Source: Felis catus (lineage: Eukaryota). Taken from it: a DNA stretch of 64,000 nucleotides. Shown in pieces: positions 1-12,180 of the stretch (position 1 is its first letter; each line of letters begins with the position of its first letter). The notes beneath the pieces are model-generated. The model ran no database searches. It was given only the letters and a program-made list of their open reading frames with translations, and had not been told where the DNA came from. The position numbers and the translations under genes are program-made. The stretch is taken from contig NC_058373.1 of NCBI RefSeq assembly GCF_018350175.1, positions 102,798,001 to 102,862,000 of the forward strand, read 5' to 3'.

Positions 1-253
1 AGACCTCAAAGGGACCTGGTGGAGTCTTGACCCCACCATGGAGCAGAGACAGAGGGTAATGCTCATTAGGAGGGCTGCCTGGGTGACATCTGTGGTGTCA
101 AAGGTGTTTGCTCAGGAACAAAGTGCTCTTCATCCTGAACATCTGCTCAGTCTAGGTGCTGGACCTATTTTTGGTAGCCAAGTACAGGAATTACTTTGCA
201 CCATCCCCAATAGATCTCATGAGCCTGTAATTGCTCTAAACCTTTATGGACTT

Positions 254-318
254 TGTGTGTGTGTGTGTGTGTGTGCGTGTGTGTGTGCGCGCGCGCGCAT
301 GTGTGAGCACGCACGCAC
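254..318. repeat. (TG)n/(CG)n compound microsatellite
   Basis: tgtgtg...gcgcgcgcgcgcatgtgtgagcacgcacgcac, seen directly. Confidence 0.95.
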
Positions 319-2814
319 TTTATAAGCTTGCTTAGATAATAAGTCTGATTTAGAGTCTTAAAGAGCTCCTTACAGATTTTTCTTCCCCTCCTCATGACTA
401 CTTGTTCCTCTTTTCCCACCAGGGTATAAAGTCTTTGAGGAAGAGAATCCATTCTGAACAAAGCTTGGTCTGAACATGGTTGTGCTCAGAAACTTGGATG
501 CCTGGGGGGTGGACAGAGAAACTCTCATAGGAACGGAAGGAATAGCAAGAAAGGGTGTCCTGTGGGTTTGCATGTGGCTCTAGGCTTGAGACCAAAGGTG
601 AAGGAGGGCAGAAGAGGACTCTTGTAATACCAAGGTTGTTTAGAAGTGAAGTGTATGACAGATCATAAGCCAGGCCAAAATAGAAGAAATAGCTGGAAGA
701 TAAGGATAATTGAACAAAGGAAAAGTATATTTAAATACTTACTAGCAACATGTTTTTCAGTTTCAGGGAAGAAATGCCTCTGAGCAGGTCCAGACACGAT
801 AAATGGATATCTAAGCAAGTGGAAACCCCTCCTCAAAGGTGCCCTTAACAACAGCAGCAGCAACAGAGTCATGAAATTTTTACAGGCCTTAGCTCACACC
901 AGGCACAATGCACAACTAGTATAAAAATATGACTCATTGAGTCCTTATTGCATCTCTGTGATACATGCGGTCTCAATCCCATTTCACACACAGAAATGGA
1001 GGCACAGGGTATAAGCCACCGGCTGGAAACCACAAAGGGATGCACAGTGGCACCAGGCTTCAAATGCAGGTTCGACTCTGAACTCCTAGCTTGTTCTCTT
1101 TTCCCTGTTTTGATGAATAGGCTCCAAAGCAATGTCAATGTGAAGCAATTGGTGGTAGAATACACTCCGCCCATTTCACAGGGCTGTCATCAGGATACAG
1201 AGATTTCGTGTGTGAAAGCAATTTGGGGAACGTGCACTTCTATACAAGTTAAAAAAAAGCATTAATATTGTCATTGGGTCATGTAATTTTCTGACTCTGT
1301 TGATGGATTCTTAGTGTACATCCCATTTGCAATCACTAGGGGGAGGCAACAGACAATGCATATAAGCAAACTTTGTCTTGGAAGGGAAGTGTATTTTTCT
1401 TGTAAATGATGCTCATGGATTTAAAATAGAAAAGCAAAGGTTTGTATTAGGGACTGGTAGCCATTCTCATCAAAGTTTGATCTTGTGCTTTTATTGAAGT
1501 GTTTTCACAAAGGCATCTTAGACTCTCACGAATCCTTTTGAGTAGTGGGTGTTGCCCAAAAAATGAATGGATGATATTAAAGGCTAAGCATTGACTCTCC
1601 TTGTTCTCTGGCTTGTTTTCTTGCCTTTTGTCTCCTTTGTGATCATTTCTGTTTTTTTGTTTTTGTTTTTAGGTTCAGTTTTCTCCTTCTTTCTCTCCAC
1701 TTCATTTCACTGCAGTAAGGTACGTTCTTGACCCCTCTCATCCCTTTAATGGTGCTCTCCTGAGCTGGCCTTTTTGACTGTTGTACATAGACCATTTGAT
1801 GGCTATTTCTAGGTCATTGTCATCTGCATTTTTCTCTGATTTGTTCTTTTCTCCTTACGTTCTTCTAGAATTCTTCAGCTCCCTTCTACTAGGTGGAAGG
1901 CATATTGGATTAGGAATTCAAGCCCTGTTAGGAATTCAAGTCCTGTTGCATACCCCTTCCTTACTAGTTAGTTGACCTTAGGCCATAGTAGAATCCCACT
2001 GAGCCTTTGTTTCAGGGGTAATTATAATTTCCATATTTACCATCAGGCAAAACACTATTTTTTAACCTAGATTAATCAGGCTCTTGTCTCTACTGTTTAA
2101 GCAGAATTATCTAAATAGTCCATGTACATTTCTACTTTGAAGTATTTCTGGGAGTCAGTCTCCAGGTACTCACAAAGAAGTCTCTACCTGTAGTGTCTGT
2201 TCTGTTTTGCCAGGTACAGATAATCCCCCAGCCATAGTAGATTCTTCTGTGGCTTCTCTGGAAAGCTATATGGGGCTCTGTTGCTAAAGGAAAGAGTGTC
2301 TCTCTTACTTTTGTGTTACCACCTGTTAGAAGGGTCCCAAAGCAGCATTGTTAGAACTTCCATGTAGAGTTGCCTCTCTCACATCGAGGACTGGCTGGAG
2401 GTGGATTCACATAGTAGCCCCGCACTCTTATCTTGAGAACCTCTATCTCCTTTAACAACCAAGGCCCAATCAGTTGTGTTGAATACCCCTACCCCTTAGG
2501 ACGATTCCTACCTTGCTATATCCCTCTGAAAACAGGTTGTTTGTGAGGCAAAACAAAATTTCTGAATCCATCAGAGGACAAATCTTGAATTCTTCCTATG
2601 AGACTTCCCATGCACATAGACTGTTGTTAGGCCTGTTCCTATGGCTCCTGAACATGTCTGAACTCCAGTAGTGGACAATGGGAAGCTCTGGCTGAATACG
2701 ACATCTCTGTTTTAGTTGAAACCATAACTATCCTCTTGTCCAGTCTTTCATGGTTCCTCTTCCTTCTTCCGCATTTCCCTCAATCTGTTTCTTTCATTTT
2801 AAATATCACTCTAT

Positions 2815-3640
2815 GTGTTTAAAGAACAGCTGAAGGGGACATGTCAAAAGGACACATGATTTGCTTAAAGGGGTTCCCCTAACCAAATTTGGGACAATTG
2901 GAATATCAAAATTAATAATGACAGTAATGTATAGTAACACATTGCATTAAAAAAAGAATCTCCAGTCTACATTTATACTGAATAAAAGAGGGAGGGGTGA
3001 AGGAAAAGCCTTTCTTTCAGGAGAGTGCCAATTAATAACTCTAGAGAAATGACCGAATTACAAAACCACCATTTTCCAACCACCATCATAATAATTAACT
3101 CGTGCAGGAATTACTAGTGGATGCTAGAACCATTGGGTGAAGGGTAGCCACATGGTTTCAAAGCATCATCTCCCAGATCACTTACTAATTACAAAGGGAA
3201 AAAAGCCCTATTATGATGGAGAAATCTGGCAGACACCAGCTTAACTAAGTGATCAAACAACATCACCAAGAAAGGACAAATCGACCTCATGGCTTCTGAT
3301 ATGACACATGAGGATACAATGCCACCCCCGTGGAATTCTTGCCAAAAATGTTGAGCCTGAATCTAATCAAGAAGAAACAATGAAACATCCAAATCTGGGG
3401 ACATTCTGCAAAACAACTGGCCTAGATTCTTCAAAAATACAATGTCATAAAAGACAAAATGTCAAGGAACTATTCCAGAGCAAAGAGATTATCGAGACAT
3501 TTCAAATAAGTGCAATGTGTGATCCTTGATTGGATCCTGGATACTGAAGAAAAAGACTGTAAAGGACAGCATTAGGACACCTGGGGAAATCTGAATATGG
3601 CCAGTAATAGTATTATATCAATGTTAGAAATGATAATTTA
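2815..3640 (+). mobile_element. Old L1 3' end fragment (L1MC/L1MD-like)
   Basis: Resembles old L1M 3'UTR (ggagaaatctggcagacacc...gatccttgattggatcctgg...ggggaaatctgaatatgg). Subfamily uncertain. Confidence 0.65.
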
Positions 3641-5893
3641 TATAATAAAGGGAAAATTAAAATTAAGTTAGAAATAAAGTGAAATAAAGTATCATGCATT
3701 ATTTATGCATTTGTGTCTCAGAAAACTAATTTCAATGTTTTTCTAAAAGTCTCCAAATTTTATAGGCTGGTAAATATTCCTGTGATCCTAACTTGCTCCT
3801 TTTCTAATCTCTCTCAATTTTCTTTCCTTTATTTTTCAGTGAAAGAGATCTCACAAAGAAGAGGGGAAAATAATCAAGAAATGGCAATTTTAAGGGTAAC
3901 TGGTATTATTAGCTGGTGTTTCCCTTTGAGACAATTGTGGGAGAGTCATAGCCTTTAATGGCAGAGGCCATTTCTGTTTTTGCTGGACAAGTGCTTGTAT
4001 AGCACTGGATTTGTGTAAGACATTTTTACTTCCTTTGGGGCTTAAAAGGCTGCTTATTTGAAAAAACAGCATTTCCTTTCTTTGCTCTTTCAGGCTGAAT
4101 ACCCAGGGCAGATGCTAGAACAAGGGAGGCTCTATAAATGGTTCCTATGGATCGCATAGTTCCTTGGGCTACATACCAGGCTGTGAAACCTGCAGTTCCT
4201 TGCCAAGAGGAGAAACGTTGCTATTTAAAAATCATCATCATTATTGCTATTGTTGTTTGAGTTCCAGAAGTCAAAAAAACCTGAAGGAGCATAAGACTGA
4301 CTTCATAAACAATAGGATTGGAAAGACTGAATAACTAAGTAAGGGCAGTCTTTCTTGCCAAGCAAAATTTATTGGCTTTGGAGAAGCTTCTTTGGTTTTG
4401 TTTTTTGAGGTAGTAATAAATTGAATTTGATGTTAGGAGTATTTCAGAGAAAGGTACACACCATTAGAGCCCAGCACCAGAGGAGAGATGTCGATAGAAA
4501 CCCCAGATAAGTCCAGGTGAGCCCAGAGCATGGGTGACCTGTGTTCCCTGATCTTGAAGACCTCAGAGGTGGAGAAGTCACAGGTGATAGGGGGACAGCC
4601 AGGAGACCCCAAGGAAGCCTGGTGGAGTCCTGGCATCCCATCTTAGTGCAATGAGAATACCTAAAGGTCCCATGCCCCCTTGAAAGAGCAAGGAAGGGCT
4701 GAGAGAGTCCCAGACTGATGAAGACACAGTATGCATTGACAATGATTTAAATTTGACAAGATTAAGTTTGCTGCCTTCAGCAAAATGGGGGCTCAGATAC
4801 AGAAATTGATTTATACAAAATTAATGTTATACCTTGACAGTCTGAGTCAAAGGCTGTGAAATTTGGATGGCTATATCTATTTTGTTGGGCTTCGCTGGGG
4901 CCTGAACAAATGAGCAGGCATTGTTCTGGTGTTACCAAGAGTGGACTGCATCTGACTTTTCTTTGCCTGTTTTGCTCTGGATTAAAAGGCCTCCCAGGGC
5001 CGTGAGGCCAGATCCTCTATTTTAGCCCAGTTCTCCTGGCCCATCTGGATCTTCCTCCACGTTTCCAGGGCTCACTCCCTATTCTCAGTCTGCATCCTGT
5101 GACCCAAGATAATGGATATGACTGTAAAGGTCCTGGGGACACAGGGACCCAAGGGTGCCCACGGTAGAAGACCATCCACAGTCCCTATGAAGCAGGAGGT
5201 TCTCTTCCATCCTGGGCAGCAGGAGCAGTTGCTGCAATTTCTTTCAGCCATGCACATAACTTTCCTGGCTGGTAGGGGTGGTCAGATGTGAGCATTAGGC
5301 AGAGGAGTTGCTGTGAGCACAAGCACAGTGCATCCTGGGGTAAGGGGAAGCAGGCAGGGGGCTGGGGGGCTGGGGGAGAGGGGCAGCATAGAGTGGGGGG
5401 ACACGGGGAGGGAGTGAGGTGGGGGTGGAGGGTGGGCATAGGCTTCGGCTGCCAGCTCCCATCCTCCTCGCTCCTGCATCTTGTATAATCTCTCTACAGT
5501 ATAAAAATCTGTGAGGGGAGGCTGCAGCTCGGAAAAACCACTAGCTCTGAGTTGTGGGGGCCTTTTGGTAATTGTGAAGGAATCACGCAGGTGAGTGTGA
5601 CTTTTGCGGACCCAAGAAAGTTATGTGGAAATCGGCAGCTTAAGTAGCCTTGTGGAAACTGCAATTCTGTTTGTATTCTGAGGCTTGGGGATTTTACATC
5701 TGGAATTACGAACTAGCCATTACCCAAGAGACTCACTGTTGTAGGAAACAGAATGCATCATTTGGGGAGGAGAAAATGGGATACCTCCTACATCCTCAGA
5801 AGAGTATTGGCCAGTACCAAATGGCCCAAGGATGGTCATGGGGCCGGGGGCTGGCCTTTGGGGGTTGCAGCTATCTAAGGAGGTATTTGTCTA

Positions 5894-5924
5894 TTTAAAA
5901 AAAAATTAATGTTTATTCATTTTT

Positions 5925-5959
<35 letters not shown>

Positions 5960-6124
5960 CAAGCAAAGGCAGAGAGGGAGAGGGAGGGAGACACAGAATC
6001 TGAATCAGGCTCCAGGCTCTGAGCTGTCAGCACAGAGCCTGATGCAGGGCTCAAACTCATGAACGATGAGATCATGACCTGAGCCAAAGTTGGACGCTTA
6101 ACCAACTGAGCCACCCAGGCACCC
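5894..6124 (-). mobile_element. Can-SINE (SINEC_Fc)
   Basis: (GA)n tract, tccaggctctgagctgtcagcacagagcc, ends gagccacccaggcaccc; TSD atttgtcta. Confidence 0.95.
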
Positions 6125-6231
6125 TGGGATTTGTCTACCTTTAAGGACTTACTCCAGCTCCTCTTCCTCAGCACTCTGCTGCCCTCAGCACTCCAGATGG
6201 TGACAGCTGGATCATGCCTCCCTGCACTCAC

Positions 6232-6352
6232 CTTTTAATGGAGGGAGCAGCCATTTCCAGACGTGAAACATTGAAGGGTCAGCGCTCAGCCAGCCACCTA
6301 TCCTAGAAAGGGTGCTAGGTGCAGGACACAAGCCAGCTGCCAGTTTCTTTAC
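6232..6352 (-). other. Candidate 121-nt minus-strand exon
   Basis: Minus strand: long pyrimidine tract ...ccttcatcccactcccatttttccag| and consensus donor AAG|GTGAGT (plus-strand ACTCAC 6226-6231). Confidence 0.35.
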
Positions 6353-6589
6353 CTGGAAAAATGGGAGTGGGATGAAGGTGGGTAAAGGAGGATGGCACAT
6401 GGGAAAGGAGGTAAAAGATGCAGCTTATCATAAAGTACATTGACATGACAGCACAATGACAGTAAAGCAGGAGGAATAAATAAGTTTGTAAACAATAAGG
6501 TCAAATGCAGTCACAATTTACCTCCCAACTTTTTGGCAGCAAGGACAAAAAAATGAAGGATAATGATGGGCAAGAGAATTTCTATTTGT

Positions 6590-6790
6590 TAATAACAATA
6601 GCTGGTATTTCTTGGCTTCTAGGTGCTACTAAGGCACTTGCCAGAGAGAGAATGTCTCATTTCATCCTCACCACTCCTCTATGAAGAGGTTCTGATTTTA
6701 TGCCCATTTTTATACAAGAGAGCACAGAGAGAGAAAGACATTACATAAGTGAGAAGTGGTGGCCTAATGCTGTGCTGCCTGCCTCAATAT
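6590..6790 (-). mobile_element. MIR
   Basis: MIR core reverse complement (tctcatttcatcctcacc...gcccattttt). Confidence 0.55.
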
Positions 6791-7037
6791 ATGGAAAAGG
6801 GCGTGCATACTTCTTTTTGGCTTCTTGATATGCATCATCAAACCAAGAACTAGAGAGGAGTCCCACAATTGCCCACTGGGCCCAAACTGATTTCATTTGG
6901 TCAATATTGTGTTTGTGGATGGAAAGTGGAAAGCCTGTCTCAGAGAGCAGGTGCAACGAGGCACTAGGCATCTTCCATTGCTGAAGGTCACTTAGGGAGG
7001 CAGAGGGGCAGGGAGCTCTTTGCTTCACGTTAGGCTC

Positions 7038-7095
7038 TAGAGAAGTCTCACTGTGAGAAACCTTGTGGTCACTGGAGGCACATATTTCGGATCTC
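7038..7095 (+). repeat. 58-bp direct repeat, copy 1 (copy 2 at 8505-8562)
   Basis: 52/58 identical to 8505-8562 by manual alignment. Confidence 0.9.
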
Positions 7096-8504
7096 TATCA
7101 CACAACCTCCAGATTTTGCCGATCCCAGTGATGGGTTCAGAGTCCATGGCAAGCTATGTTGAAAATCAGGAGCAAGGAATAATGATTTACTTTAACTAAA
7201 TGTCATGTAGTTTTATCTGACACCTCTCAGGTGACCTCTTCTTCTCTTGGCCTTGCCTGCTAGACGCAGCTGCTTACTCCATCTCAGCTGTTGCGAGACT
7301 CGACTCTGGCAAGGCTCTAGTGGGGTTCTGATACCCAGAGTCTCTGTCTCCTCCCAGCACTTCTGGGCATGAATGAGCGTCATGCCACAGGTGTGTGTGG
7401 TGGGTGTCCTAGCTTTCTCAGGGCAGGGGCCATTCATTGCAACTCAGAAATTCAGGGAAGTTCAATGGGCACATTTTGGCCAGTAAGACTAGAGATGAGT
7501 AAATTCTCTCTCCATTCTTCTCTTCGATGGACAGCTCTGTGGTACATTGTTTTCCTCCTTGTAGCCTGACTGGAGATGTCATATGTGGCCAAGCAGGTAC
7601 ACCCATAAGACAATGGCTGTCTCTCTTTGAGACTTGTTGGGAAGCACTGGACAGCATAGTAAGACATGAGCTTGCATTTACTTCCCACCCTTCCCTGACT
7701 CACCCTCCTTTCCTTCCACTTTATTGCCCTGGCATTGAACTTCCCAGCTAAAGCATTAGCCTTTAATCCTTGCCTAAGGAATCTAGGCTAAGAGGAATCT
7801 AACATGGGCTTTAGAGTTCAAAGGGAAGTTCCTTCTGAATTTTTCATCTAGGCCACTGTCCTATGCCATTCAGTTTTCAGGGAAGGGACTGTGTCCATGG
7901 TCCAGAAAGTCCAGGAAGCAGAACCCAACGGCTATGTGGAGATGCGGGCTTTGATCAGGCAGACTCATCTCCACTGACTGCCTGACAAGTTTGGGATGGG
8001 GAATTCAGAACCAGAGGACTATGACATTTCCCACTATCTTTCATTTCCTTGCTGTTTAGCTGGACATGCCTTGATGCCTGCATCTTCTCTCTTTTGTCTA
8101 TGCACTGGCAGCTATGCTTTCTGCCTTTAAATCTGTTGTACTGAGATGATCCAAATTGCTGTGACTGAGCCTTACATCATTCCTTCCTAATAAACTAAAT
8201 GATGGCTCAGCCCCCAAAGACTGCATATCTCTGTTGTGAATTAATGATAGTTAGCAAGTTACCATTATAACTTTCCATTCGAATCACTCGGAATGAATTC
8301 CTCTGCTCTGATGTGACTGCCAAATTCTTGTGGGACTCTTTCACAGATGAATCCTAGACAACTGAGCATCTTGTTGGCAAACAGAGAAATAGGAACTGGA
8401 ACTTTTTCCCCTATGGGGACTAGGAAAATGCTGACAGAAGTCCTGGTGTCCACTGATAATGCTACCTTTCTTTAATCACTTGGTCCTCTGTTGGCCCCTA
8501 GCTG

Positions 8505-8562
8505 TAGACAAGTCTCACTGTGAGAAACCATGTGGTCACTAGAGACACATATTTAAGATCTC
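8505..8562 (+). repeat. 58-bp direct repeat, copy 2
   Basis: tagacaagtctcactgtgagaaaccatgtggtcactagagacacatatttaagatctc. Confidence 0.9.
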
Positions 8563-9914
8563 CTTCTATTGGCTCTCACACAACAATGACATGACCTAAG
8601 ATTTCATGAGCTAATGAATTTCTAAAAATCCAACTTAAGTCTTTAGGGTTTAGAAAATGTCCCCAAATTCTGTAGATATCATAATGAAAATACCAGAGCA
8701 AAGCCGCCCCATAGCAAAGTTGCTGAACCTCCATTCCAAGCTAATGATGAGGGGCTGTGTTGGTAATGTCTGTATGAAAGAAGCTGCCTTATTTGGGAAG
8801 AGAAAGGATTAGCTCATAACTTCAGAGTCCCTTAGGCTGGGTCAGATTGCAGATAAGATGGGGGAAGGTCTTTGAGGGTCAGGGAAAGCAACCCAACAGC
8901 GTATGATCCATGGTTTTGTCTTTTTCCACTTCAATCCTGAGGCAGAGAGGTACATTGTGAGGTCTATGCCCCTCAGACTGAGACGGGAGCTTCTCCTGGA
9001 GTCAGTGCTTGGAGGACAAGTCATTTAAAGTGATCCTCCCTGGGATTTTCAAAGAAGTTCCTTTTGGGCATATGGTGTCTGGGGGCTCTGGCCTCAGAAG
9101 CAGCGTATGGTGTCACCTGGGCCTGCCCTGGAAGGAGCTCAACAGTGGAAAGAGTTAGGGATGATGAAAGGCAAGGAACTGTGGTAAAAGTAAGGCACCG
9201 AGATGTCCCATGATGTCCAAAGATGAAGCATCAGTTTCTACAGAGAAGAGCTGCCCTGGCCCAGGAGTCAGAAGCAAGCTTAGTTCTGAGACCCCATTGC
9301 CCAAACCTTGGGTCTCTTTTCTCCATCTGTCATCAGTGCTGTCTCCCATTCTCCTTCCTGGCCAGTGAAACTCCCTACCCTTGTCTAGTCCCTAGGAGAC
9401 AGAATAGGTTAGGGGGCCTCACTGAAGGGTCCCCAGACAGGAGCTTCTAGGATCAACATGACCCCTTTAGATGCTGGAGTCTGGGTTCTTCTGGTGCCAT
9501 TTATTGCTTAATGGATGAAATCAGAACAGCACAAGCCCGTTTCATTTCAGGCTGTGTATGTTGCAGGGACAACCAGGATGAAAACAGTTTGATGCATTTG
9601 GAGTCAAAGACTTTTTGCTATAGGATTCGTTTGGGATCATAGACCTGTACACAGAGATCATTTCCCAGTGTTTTATTGGTCATATCTTTGGTGCCAGAGT
9701 GTCTGACTACTGTTTTGTCTGGAGATACATCCATAATTGACTACAGACAATTAAGCCTGGGGTCTAGTTTCCCTCTCTCTGTGGACTCAGCAGGACTGTC
9801 AGCTGATAGGCCATCACAAACCTGGACGCAGATACAACCTCTACTCAAGCTTCTTTGATCTCTCAACTTCCTTCAGCCTGTGTGAATCTTTCAATAGCTG
9901 GGTTTAACCACTTC

Positions 9915-10136
9915 TTTAAAAAAAATTTTTAATGTTTATTTTTGAGATAGAGAGAGAGAGAGAGAGAGAGCATGAGTAGGGGAGGGACACACAGAGAGAG
10001 AGACACAAAATTTGAAGCAGGCTCCAGGCTCCGAGCTGTCAGCACACAGCCCGACATGGGGCTTGAAGTCACAGACCAGAGATCGTGACCTGAGCTGAAG
10101 TCAGATGCTCAACCAACTGAGCCACCCAGGCGCCCC
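9915..10136 (-). mobile_element. Can-SINE (SINEC_Fc)
   Basis: Typical body; TSD tgggtttaaccacttct / tgggttgaaccatttct. Confidence 0.95.
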
Positions 10137-11947
10137 TGGGTTGAACCATTTCTATAAAGACAGCTGGGTAAGTTCCTATGAAATAAGGTGACAAGATAGC
10201 ATTTCCATGGTGGCATCATTCTGTTTTTCTACCTGTTTTGTTAATTTCTCTTCTCCTCCTTCCACGTGGCTTTCTTTTTTTAATGTTAATCAAGTAAGGG
10301 CCCCAGTAGGCTGTTGAGGCACTCAGGTTTGCTGGTTCTTCCTGGAGTGATGAGGGGTAACTAATGTTCACTGTCAAGAAAGGAAAATACCTTCCTCTGG
10401 AAACCCAGAACACTGCTATACACATAGCTGCTTCTCTTTTGTGGGGGGCAGGGTTCTGACATTCTCTTTAGTTCTCATCACACTGTGGGGCTTTCAGTGA
10501 CAGAGAAGGCACTTAAATGGCAAGTCACCTGATTCAGGCCAAACGTGTCCTCCTTCCCACCCCCAGTTCTGGGGAAGAGGGGCAATGATGTCTCTACTTG
10601 ACATCCTCCTTGGCACTGGTATGTGGGTCCCCTTAACCATTAGGCTCTGGGGAAACCCAAGGCCTTGACTTCCAGACTCAGCATAGTGGGGAGGGATTCC
10701 AGATAAAGAAGTCAGAGCTGTAAGGATGACCTGGCAGTTTCCCCCAAGCAGCAGGGGGCGAGGCAGGGGGCTACAGGGGGTGGGTTGGCATGGGGAAGGA
10801 AGACAGCTTAGTTAGGCTTCCTAGAGATCCTCAAACCTCAAGAAAAGGGTCCCACCTCCCACAGCTCCCCTAAGGGCAGTGGTTAAATAGGGGGTGGGTG
10901 GGAGAGCCACCAAGTACGTGTAGAGACACCCCCTATCCCATGCAGCTGCTGGGCCTAGTACAGTGCTGGGCACAGAGACGATGCTCAATAAATGTGTTCT
11001 GAGTTAGTGATTAATCGTAACAAAGAGAGTGTGAGGGACAAAGGACATGACCTGGGGCACCTTGGCCTAGGCTGTTCATTCAGAAAATAGCAGTTTAAAA
11101 AATGTAAAAATCCATTCCCTCCATCCCTCCAGTTTATGGGCCCAGGAAAGAGGTGAAAGAAGTGTGTCCCTCCCAACACTTCCTTTTTCCCTTCCCCTAA
11201 AAAAATCTATGTATACATATACATATGTATATGGCACCACAAAGTGGTCCTCCCTATGCCGCTAGACCAGGAGCTGGGGGAGCCAAGGCCCAAGGCCTTG
11301 GGGGTAGTCAAGGTAAATGTGAGGGGTCAGGGCTTGGGTGATGTGGGGAGCAGCCTTAAGCTGCTAAGCCTAGAGAAGCTGCGCTCTTTGGTCCTGAAGG
11401 ACAGACCCTTCTGCCTTTACAAGTGGTAACAGATCTTCTCCCCTCTCTGTCCTCCTAGGCAGAGATTGGTGAGGCCTGTATCAGTTCCAAGGGAGGAGGT
11501 GGAGACTGGTTCCTCCCCTACCAGCCTAGACTGCAGCAACCTGGAGACTGTTCAAGGCAAGGGCTGAGGGTTCATGGGCCCTGGGAAAATCAGGTGGGGA
11601 AGAGAGCTCTATTATGCAAGGCACCTGGTGTCAACTGTTCCAGGGCTGGGGGCCCAAGACATGGGGCAGTGGGTACCCTGCCCCCTCCCCCAAATAGAAC
11701 CGGAAAGGGTCAACGTGCCCAATTTGGCAGCACTAAAGATACAGAAAAGGGAGAGCAGCACCCAGGACCCCACTGGATCAAGAAGAAGTAAGTTCTAAGG
11801 CACTGACAAGAGGACCCAGGGGCCCAATGCCCTCCGTGCCACCTGCTGTCCCCTTCGCAGCCTGGCCAGGCTGGTGGAGAGAGCCCACTTCCCCAAGATG
11901 CTGAAGCAGCGGTGGCCACCGGGTTATCTTAAGGATGAGTCTGCATT

Positions 11948-12165
11948 GGGGGCGCCTGGGTGGCTCAGTCGTTGAGCGTGGGACTTCGGCTCAGGTCACG
12001 ATCTCACAATTGGTGGGTTCCAGCCCCCCTCCGCCCTCTGTGCTGACAGTGTGGAGCCTGGAGGCTGCTTCAGATTCTGTGTCTCCCTCTCTCTCTCTGC
12101 CCCTCCCCCACTCACGCTCTCTTTCTCTCTCAAAAATAAAATACACATTAAAAAAAAAAAAAAAA
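11948..12165 (+). mobile_element. Can-SINE inserted in the retrocopy 3'UTR just after the former stop codon
   Basis: ggggcgcctgggtggctcagtc...(CT)n...polyA; TSD aaggatgagtctgcatt / aaggatgagtttgcgtt. Confidence 0.95.
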
Positions 12166-12180
12166 GGATGAGTTTGCGTT

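Noticed and set aside
1..4830. Similar words (agacctca...cctggtggagtc) at 1-30 and 4557-4630 as paired LTRs of one provirus
   Set aside because: The similarity is too short, the first copy is cut by the window edge, and no gag/pol remnants were recognised between them.
4850..5500. GC-rich segment as a second processed pseudogene
   Set aside because: I translated the three minus-strand frames and recognised no protein, and found no poly(A) or TSD. A BLASTX/Dfam search is needed.
6630..9197. Additional AAGGCAC matches at ~6631 and ~9191 as part of the miR-124 cluster
   Set aside because: They lie beyond the inferred 3' end of the retrocopy (one is in a MIR) and are consistent with chance unless a read-through transcript is shown.
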